A stretch of 64,000 nt of DNA from Eledone cirrhosa (Eukaryota): the NCBI GenBank assembly GCA_964016885.1, contig OZ024742.1, positions 90,334,001 through 90,398,000 of the forward strand. The letters are read 5' to 3'. Below, one piece after another: positions 52,740 to 64,000 of the stretch. Both the position numbers and the translations under genes were made by a program. Every line of letters starts with the position of its first letter. The stretch's first letter is position 1. Under the pieces are notes generated by a model. That model searched no databases and was not told where the DNA came from. It saw only the letters and a program-made list of their open reading frames with translations.

Positions 52740-53961
52740 GGCAATCCTTTATCGCAGAATATATTACTGAACCTTTATGAAACAATACCACCCACAGTCA
52801 TTTTCTATATATGACATGTAAAATTTCTGGACGAGATATTTGTAATTCTGTACTTTCTATCCCTATCTCATATCGTGTATTGCAGTTAGTTTTATACCTG
52901 GTCTTTCTACTTTAATACTTGCTTTATTTATTTGGTTTAATTGTCATATAAATATCCTATCTCTGTAGAGATTGCTATGTCATCTTCAAACCATAAGTCT
53001 ATTAAGTGCTCTCCATATAATCATTATTCCACTTTACTTCAAGTCTAATTTCTTGAATATTTCTTGGTGGGAACTGGTGTATCACCTGAGATTGATAAAA
53101 CTCTCCCTGAATGAGCACCGTGTTTGAAAAGTCGTCACGTTGGTGTATCTTAGCTGCCATGTATTGCTAAATATATTTTAATGTAGTTTGCGTCCGCCTA
53201 TTGTAATGAGGCCATCGATAAATTTGTTATTGTCTAAAGCGTCAATTTGTGGTAATTTCTTTTGATATTTTCTGATTGATATTTTCATTGAATGATAAAC
53301 TAAATAGCTTCTAGTGAAAGTCTAAATATATATTTATTATCACGGTCTCAGACCGCGTTGAATTCCATATACTTTTTGTCATTTCCCTTATTCATATTTT
53401 ATTATTTTATTTCTATTTCTTTTGTGACTTTAAAACATTTACTCTGAAATTTATTCATGTGATGTGAGTCTCTATTTCTGTCTCCTTAATTTTCTAATTG
53501 TATTTATGATTCCAAAGTATTCTACGTCTCCCGAATAGAGTTGTGATGTACTCTGTTCAGCTCTTTTCTTCTACTCCCTAGCTCTTTCATCTATCTCCGT
53601 TTTATCTATTCTTCCGTTCGTTGTAATGGGTGCCAATTTGTATGCTGTTGACATTGCAAAATCTGCTAGTTATCTGCATAACGTTTCTACACTTATTTCT
53701 TCATCTCTCTGTTTTAACGCTTTGAATGTGTTATATAGTTCTATGCTTCAGTTTTGATGATTTTATTTTTATTTTTATTCTAAGCAATCCACGATCGTTT
53801 CCTATGTTTACTGTATTGAACAACCCAGAGTCTTGAAGTATGCATATTTGATTGGTTAAGACAAAATCTATTTTGTTTGCCTTATTGGACTTTCCAATGA
53901 TCATTGAATATCTTACCCTTTCTAAAAACAAATGTTTCCAATCACTAAGGTGATGCAACAA
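52740..53961 (-). mobile_element. Highly degenerate RTE-like LINE (APE end + RT remnants)
   Basis: NKIDFVLTN..VNIGND..L.R.KI (APE C-terminus); GEHL..L.FEDDIA remnant near 52975-53020. Confidence 0.55.
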
Positions 53962-54522
53962 TCATCCAGTAGTATATCATGAGGATCAGTATGACACATG
54001 TCATTGAATGATGTACAAGGGGTAGGTGAACAAAAAGCCAACGAATAGTACATGCTGGACTGGGAACAATGTCATATTAATCTAGGATAAGTTGTTAAAA
54101 ACTTTAAACTGACTGAGCGCCCGGTCAGTTTCAAATTAGCGCAGGTGTGTTAATTGTTCACATATGACTAAAAACCTTCGGCAACATTTTAACTTAGATA
54201 ATTTAGATAAACTACATCACTGGTATTCAAGCAATCGCATAGTTTACGCTATGGCCATTGATATTTATATGACCAATAAATGTATATGATTATAATGTTT
54301 GATTCAGGGATAAATATTGTATGTATCCCTTGATAGATGTTAAATATGAGGTATGAGTTGTGGCTGGGATTATTTCTTTTTCTCCTCCTATATCAAACAT
54401 GTTGAATTACTAAAAAAAATATTACATACGAATATGCATTCTATACAAAACATAATAAAAAAAAAAGATGAGACGTGTATTCATACATGCATATGAAATT
54501 TATTTACTGATATAAAGTGAAA

Positions 54523-55110
54523 TCAGGGAAATCTCCACCATGGCCATGGCCAGTTGCGAAAAGATTTTGGATGAATAATTCCATTGACACAATGGCTTTG
54601 GCTCGTTTTGTAAATGTGGGTTCCACAGCAAGCGTAGGTGTATGGTACGATATTAGAACCCCCGACAAACGTGCCTCCGATTTTCTTTACAGCTCCACCA
54701 CAGCAAAGAGCTTGGGTCTTATCCATAATTTCTGACGCGCAACAAACATCATAGATAGATGTTCTAGGTTTGTTTACCCCAGCGCAACATATTTGCGTCG
54801 TCCGAGCAATAGCTGCTCCGTTACAACAATCATGTTGAGATATATCTAACGCCGTGATGCCACAACATGCATTGGCATTAGCTGCTCTGTTTATTAATTT
54901 TCCGGCGCAACACAATTTAGCTGTTCTATCAAATGCTACATCCCCACAGCAACCAGGATTCTGAAAGCCATTTCTGGGTGAAAGCTGGTCATTACAACAC
55001 ACGTGAGTGGCAGGGTGAAAGATTTGGTTTTTACAAGCAACTGAAATAAAATAATAAACTAATATCAATATTAGTTGAATACAGCAATGAGATGTGAAAA
55101 TGGTCATCAT
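54523..55110 (-). CDS. Galaxin-like Cys-Cys repeat secreted protein (probable host gene; true exon may start at 55040)
   Basis: Nine regularly spaced CC motifs in the mature part (CCN/CCG/CCA pattern); uninterrupted frame; AATAAA at 54499-54504 just after the stop. Confidence 0.8.
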   Translation of the reverse strand: MMTIFTSHCCIQLILILVYYFISVACKNQIFHPATHVCCNDQLSPRNGFQNPGCCGDVAFDRTAKLCCAGKLINRAANANACCGITALDISQHDCCNGAAIARTTQICCAGVNKPRTSIYDVCCASEIMDKTQALCCGGAVKKIGGTFVGGSNIVPYTYACCGTHIYKTSQSHCVNGIIHPKSFRNWPWPWWRFP

Positions 55111-55154
55111 TCATACACACGCATATTGATATATATTTACATATATGTATATGC

Positions 55155-55199
<45 letters not shown>

Positions 55200-55251
55200 T
55201 ATGCACACACTGACACACACACTGACACACAGAAACAGGCATGCACACATG

Positions 55252-55294
<43 letters not shown>

Positions 55295-55769
55295 AATGTA
55301 GTATAAGTTTGGTGGAAATATCCAACGGTAAGAGCACTCAGTCCAGAGGTCGAGTTAAGTGTAAATAGTTGCAACAGTGACATATACAGGTACTTAAGTT
55401 TCCTGGGGTTTTACACCCCCAACTTATTCAGCCAGTTATATAAAGAAAGATGGCTACTACTGCAGTGGAATGTAATTTCTTTTGGAAAGAATATATGAGA
55501 GCTCTTCCAGGGCAGGTAAATTCGAAATTAGTTATAAATAACCAAAATTAATAGAAATATTAAGGGGGTACCTATCCTAAATCTAATACTTCTCCGAAAG
55601 AATTACTTACTCTACAGATCACCGCCCTACATCTAGAAAGAAAGAACCAAGACATAACGACATCATAAAACCCGTAGCCCTCTTAGATCTCCACTTCCCT
55701 GTTAGCCATAAATACCGACAGATTTTCAATCACCATACAGTCTAAATAGGCTAATCGTATACCAATAAC

Positions 55770-56255
55770 ATCAAAACCCACATCACCGGCAAACACAAAA
55801 CCCATCCCCGTATGGATGCTCCTGTCGAAGGCCAGAGAAATGTCCACTAGAGCAACTGTGCAACACTCCAACGGTAATCTATCAAGCAGTGGTGACATCC
55901 ACCAATCTGAAGCCTGGACTTATGTCGGAATGTCTGAGATCGGGTTCAAAAGCCGGTACCTGAACCATGAAACAACCTTCAGACATCCTGACAAAAAGCA
56001 TGCCACCCAGCTTGAAAACCATCTATGAAGCCTTAAAAATAACGGCACATCTTTTTCCCATTAAATGGAGTATATTAGAACAATCTACCCCCTATGTTAA
56101 TGGGACGAAATTTTGCCGGCTATGTAACTCGGAAAAGTGGAATATAATCTCACAACTGGCTTCAGATAAACACGGCTTAGATACACTCCTTGACCTCTTC
56201 AGTCCCTGACCGCCCGAAGCGAAATTCATTCTGAGAAAATCGTATAGGCCTTACT
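55770..56255 (+). pseudogene. PLE GIY-YIG fragment
   Basis: TYVGMSE..FKSRYLNHETTF, ATQL, IKWSIL, CRLCNSEK. Confidence 0.72.
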
Positions 56256-56914
56256 AAGTCATTTGAATATCAAGGAATGTATTTTATTTGAATTACTAAC
56301 TAATTTGAATTTCAAGGAATTTGATTTCTTTGAATTACTAACTTAGCATAATTTCCCTAAATTTGCTATTAACCGTTCTATTAATTTTCGTTATTTATAG
56401 CTAATTTCGAAACTATCTGCCCTAGAATGGCTCTCATATATTATTTTAAAGCATTCTTTTGAACAAACTGTAACAGCGTAAATATAAGAAAATGTTGATT
56501 CCGACGTCAGAAAATGAAAGGAAAAGGAAAAACTAAGACAAGTAAGAATAATTTCTTTCAAATTTTTGTAAATAAAACCAGCTTTTCATTAACATTGCAA
56601 CTTTTTAAGCACAAAAATCTTTCAGAACAAACAGTCAAGTATTCATAGAAATATAGAAAAAAGATTTTTGAAGTAGAGTGATTGGATAGCTATTAGTGAA
56701 AAATTATTTGATATTTTCTTTGTGAAAATACTTGTGAATAATACAGCGAGAAGACAAGTTTCGCGTAAATCGGACCACGGGTTCCCGAGATACGAGGGGT
56801 TTTTTCGGGTACATTTATAAATAGCCAAATCAGCGCATAATGGGACTACTACTTTGAAAGTAAGGTACCATTGAAATGTGAATACAAACGCAGATATTGG
56901 TTGAGAGAGAGAGA

Positions 56915-56958
<44 letters not shown>

Positions 56959-57707
56959 CTGGTGGTGTTGTTGAATGAAATTATGACAGATGACTTCAAA
57001 GAATCGAATACAGCATTACTGTATCTAGCTTGAATTTGGTGACTGAATATTAAGTTATATGTATCTTGTAACTTGTGTGACTGAATATTAAGTTATATGT
57101 ATCTTATAACTTGTGTTAGGACAGGATGTATGTGTGTGTGTGTATCTGTGACAAGTGTATATAGGCCACAGACACCCACACACACAAACACATATATATA
57201 TATACACGTACATATACACACGCACATACGCGTATATATATATATATTGGCTTTCCAATGTCATTTTACATTATATACATTTTGTGTATATTTTAATTAT
57301 TTAAAAATTATTTTTAAGTGAACATGATCCAAAGAGTAACGGGTGGTCTAGTATATTACTAAAAGTCTGTGATTGCTTGCTTGCTTGCTTGCTTGTCTGT
57401 AATGTAATACAGCCAAAGGGGTGCATAATAAGAAAATACGTTGAAAGGAAATGCCTCTGGAATGAGAATACAAATGGAATAAAACAAGTTTCGGGTAAAT
57501 TGAAGCTTGGGTTCCCGGGATATGGGGTTTTCTGGGTACCTTCATAAACAGAGAGAGAGAAGGATAGAGAGAAACAGATAGTGGTTGTGAGAAAATAGAT
57601 TGAAAGAGATACATAGAGAGAGGGAGAAGAGACAGAGAAGGAGAATGGAAGAGAGAGAGAGAGCTGTTGGTGTTGTGTATATATATATATATATATGAGT
57701 GTGTGGG

Positions 57708-57740
<33 letters not shown>

Positions 57741-57798
57741 CTATGACCAGTGTATATAGATCACAGACACCCACATATATATACACACACACACACAC

Positions 57799-57870
<72 letters not shown>

Positions 57871-57946
57871 CGAAGGAAATGTGGTAAGGAACCAGGTGGA
57901 CCATAACGCACCAAAGTACTCAATACTTAGGGTAGTAGAGTGGGTA

Positions 57947-58057
57947 ATAGGAACAAGTAAGACCCCGACGGCTGAGCTCAAGCCGTTTCGACGGCTAATT
58001 CTGAACTGAATTAGCCGTCGAGACGGCTTGAGCTCAGCCGTCGGGGTCTTACTTGTT

Positions 58058-58062
<5 letters not shown>
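57947..58062. repeat. Near-perfect 116-bp palindrome built from the 3' half of a hammerhead
   Basis: 55-bp arms, 6-nt loop, 1 mismatch; contains GAAAC-ggcttgagctcagcc-GTC-gggg on the minus strand. Confidence 0.85.
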
Positions 58063-60720
<2,658 letters not shown>

Positions 60721-61214
60721 AGTGAGTATGTGTTTTTTTGTTTTTTTGTGAATGTGTCTGTTGATTTTTGGCATATAGTTGATTAGTTTAAGAGAAGTTC
60801 GAAGATAATAGTAAGATATGCACTCAGTATTTTGAATCTGTCTGCAGAATTCTCTAGACCTTTGTCACTTAGTAGAACCTTAATGACTTTAGCTTTTAAA
60901 GAATCTCCCTTTTCTTTAATTCTATCGACTATGACTGACCCCCCACTGATTTTATAGACATCTGTTAGCTTAAGAGAAACTTATTGACAAGGAATGGTAG
61001 GCCATCCGGAACCTGTTTATAGAATTCTGTCTGCCCTTGTTACTCTAAAAACATAAATAAATAAAAATAAAAATAAAAATAAACTATAGCTTTGTAGAAT
61101 TAGCTTTTAATGAATTCCCTTTTCTATCAACCAATGACCTGCACCCATCCCACTCCCCACCCTCTCCTACCACTTGTAGAGACCTATAAATACCATATTT
61201 ATTTTTTGATACCC

Positions 61215-61265
61215 AGATTCCTGATGATTTCAAATGAATGAAACAGTTCTAGTCCTGTAGAATCT
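61215..61265 (+). ncRNA. Type I hammerhead ribozyme, canonical core
   Basis: agattc-CTGATGA-t-ttc-aaat-gaa-t-GAA-acag-ttctagtc-ctgt-A-gaatct; 6-bp stem I, 4-bp stem III, GUA triplet. Confidence 0.82.
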
Positions 61266-61379
61266 CATCTATATTAAAACTGTTATACTCTGCTATGTAT
61301 TGTGTACCTTACTTACTGTGGTTACCTCCGATTCAACCCGGAATAACGTATATATATATATATATATATATATATTTAA

Positions 61380-61942
61380 AAGAATAGAGGTGTAACACAC
61401 GAGTTATTATATATTGGTAAACGGAAAAGAAAATGCTGACAAATTGTTCCCAGTGAAAAATAGTTTAATTAGGAATAAGTAAAAATTAGTAATAGTATTG
61501 GTTAGTATTCAGTTTTGGTTTTAAGTTTTACCGGTTGCGCATTTCTAATGCTTTTCAAAAATAATTTTGAGATAGAGCGCCCGTAATGTTTGCTCTAATC
61601 TGATTAGTTTTGGAAATTCTACCTGTTTTATGTAAAAAAAAAAAGTGGCTCCAGATGTATTAAAATACGTTTTACGCCAATTCGTGTTGCAAAAATTATT
61701 GTGGTCAAAACAATTTTGATTGGTCGGTAGAGGTTATGTGAATGTTAAAAATTGATTTTGCGTCAAATGTAGGTTTGTGTCGGCTGATTGAGAAGTCACT
61801 GAAAAATAAGTCTTTCAAAACAAATATGTGTGTGTGTGTGTAGTAGTAGTAGTAGTAGTAAAGAGGTTCGTTGTTGTGATAATGGTCAGCAGAGATGTGT
61901 GTGCGAACCGCAGCCTGTTGACAGTTCAAATGCCTATTAAGA

Positions 61943-61979
<37 letters not shown>

Positions 61980-63700
61980 CAGAGTAATTCGGGTCTAGGG
62001 TGGCAAGAGTTGAAAGGAAGATATTGCTTGGAGTCTGTGGGCTTGTAGTATATGTCTGTTTCTATTTTTTTGTTATGGATCTTAATGAGGATGTCGAGGA
62101 ACAGGAGTTGTTGATGGCTGTATTCCATCATAAAGTTAATATTCGTGTTGAGCCAATTTATAAGGGTGTGAAATTATTTAAGTTTCTCGATGTTTTCGTG
62201 CCAAAGAATGAAGCAGTCATCTAGACATCGCTTCCAGTTCCTTTCAATGTGTAAGTGGACAGTTTCCAAATTTGTTTAGGACTTTAGTGTAGAGGGTGAT
62301 TTCCAGGTATCCCATGACTAAGTTGGCATAAGTGGGGGCTGTTTTCGTTCCCACAGCGGTCCCAGATTTCTGCCTGTAGGGTTTGTTATTGAAAACGAAG
62401 TAATTGCTCTCCAAGATAAATTTGAGTCCCTCTATCACGAATTCTTTTTTGATGCGTTGTGGGAGTTCATTGTGGTAATTATCCAGCCAGAATTGGATAG
62501 CTTCTATTCCTAGGTTGTGGGGGATGCTGGAGTATAGGTTGACTACATCGAACGTCACTAGTAGGGTTTTTTCAGAAAGGGGCATATTAGGGAGGTGATT
62601 GAGCATATTTAGGTCGTCCCTTATATAGCTTTTGATGTGTTTCAGAAAAGGCTTGAGAAGGGTATCAATGAAGTTGCTAAGGCGGTGGGTTTCGCAAGCG
62701 GGGCCTGCTATTATAGGTCTTAATTTGAGATCATTGGGTGAGGGGACATTGATGACTATGTCTGTGGCTTCCTTGCATGCCTTACTTATTAATTCGCTTT
62801 TATGTACTTTAGGGATACCGTAGAAAAGGCTGGATTTACTTGTGAAGTCTGTGATGAAGCTCAATTCCTTGTTAGTGAGTCCTTCTTTGTATTGGTTGAT
62901 CAGAGTTTTTAGGTTTCTCATAATTTTCTGTTGATTGTACTATTCAGCCTTTTCGTAGTATGTTTCGTTTTCCAAAGTGGAGAGCGCTAAGTTGATATAG
63001 AATTCTGTCTCCATTAGGACTACTGTACTCCCTTTATCAGACTCTTTAATTGTAATGGTTCTGTCGGTTTTTAATCTATTTAATTCTTCCCGTTCTTTCT
63101 TGTTGGGGTTTGGCTTGTGTTTTTGTCTGTGCAAGTGTTGGTAAGGGAAGTTTGTGATGTGTTCACAGAATTCGTCCAGGATTATAATTCTACCTTTTGA
63201 TGGGGTGTAATTGCTTCTATTTCTGGCTAATGATTCATCCTCATTGTACTGCTAGAATAGTTCTTCACTGAGTCGTAACTTTCTACAGAAGTCTGTGATG
63301 TCTTCCTTCATTTCATAGTAGTTAGGACGTAGTGGGGTCGGTATGAATTTAAGACCTTTGGAGAGTAAGTTGATAAGGTTGGGTGTTGGTTCTGCACTAG
63401 TTAGATTGATAATACATAAACGCACACATGCATTGCACACTGATGGGCACATACATATTTGTACACAACTATTCCAATACGGCAAGGCCTAATGGATTCC
63501 CCTTGCAGTACGTACAATCTGGACACTCACACACCCCTTGGTATTATGCCAATACTATATATCATTTCACACCTTTTATTATTAAGATTTTTGATGTTCT
63601 ATTGAGAGAATCGTTTTTACTGAAAATATCGAATAATGTACACCATTTTTACCAGTATCACAAAAATACTGGTCCACCCACACACACACACACGCACATT

Positions 63701-63743
<43 letters not shown>

Positions 63744-64000
63744 CTCCGTATAAGACAAGAGCTGAAAAATATCTTTTAACATGTTAAAATATCCCCCACA
63801 CACGTACAGACACATTCCTACTGACCATCCCTCTACCACGAATTACTCTGCTCCACACACACACACACACACACACTTGTCTTAATAGGCTTTTGAATTG
63901 TCAACAGGCTGCGGTTCGCACACACATCCCTGCTGACGATTATCACAACAACGAACCTCTTTACTACTACTACTACACATACACACACACACATATTTGT
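61380..64000 (-). mobile_element. Third RT-bearing PLE family, degenerate, flanked by inverted repeats; runs off the window
   Basis: 61818-61991 is inverted at 63839-64000; degenerate ACCGGT-family HHR at 61526-61561(-). Confidence 0.8.
61992..63420 (-). pseudogene. PLE reverse transcriptase pseudogene lacking GIY-YIG
   Basis: LLSKGLKFIPTP, DKGSTVV, YGIPKVHK, LRPII, DVVNLYSSIP, QKSGTAVG..APTYANL, WKRCLDD, FLDI, YYKPTD..YL.FNSCHP. Confidence 0.88.

Noticed and set aside
56750-57545. Two related GC-rich hairpin segments ending in CGAAAC on the minus strand
   Set aside because: No recognisable CTGANGA core or stem I; left as an unclassified repeat

Overview
AT-rich eukaryotic genomic DNA, packed with (TA)n/(TG)n/(AAT)n microsatellites and almost entirely transposon-derived. 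The repeat and SINE style suggests a cephalopod (octopus-like) genome, which is inference only. Most short ORFs in the track are microsatellite artefacts. Supportable content: several Penelope-like retroelements (PLE; RT + GIY-YIG), some with inverted pseudo-LTRs and one nested in another; a degenerate Helitron with both termini; a hAT(m)-like transposase pseudogene; Dong/R4 (RLE), Tx1/L1 and RTE LINE fragments; 10 copies of a tRNA-derived SINE with target-site duplications; and one probable host gene, a galaxin-like Cys-Cys repeat protein with a Trp/Pro-rich tail. The most striking signal is about 30 type-I hammerhead ribozyme (HHR) motifs from more than a dozen sequence families, read by eye. 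Many sit in short non-coding fold-back or tandem retrozyme-like units inserted into (TA)n. Several show compensatory changes (C3-G8 to U3-A8, stem I covariation) or unusual architectures.
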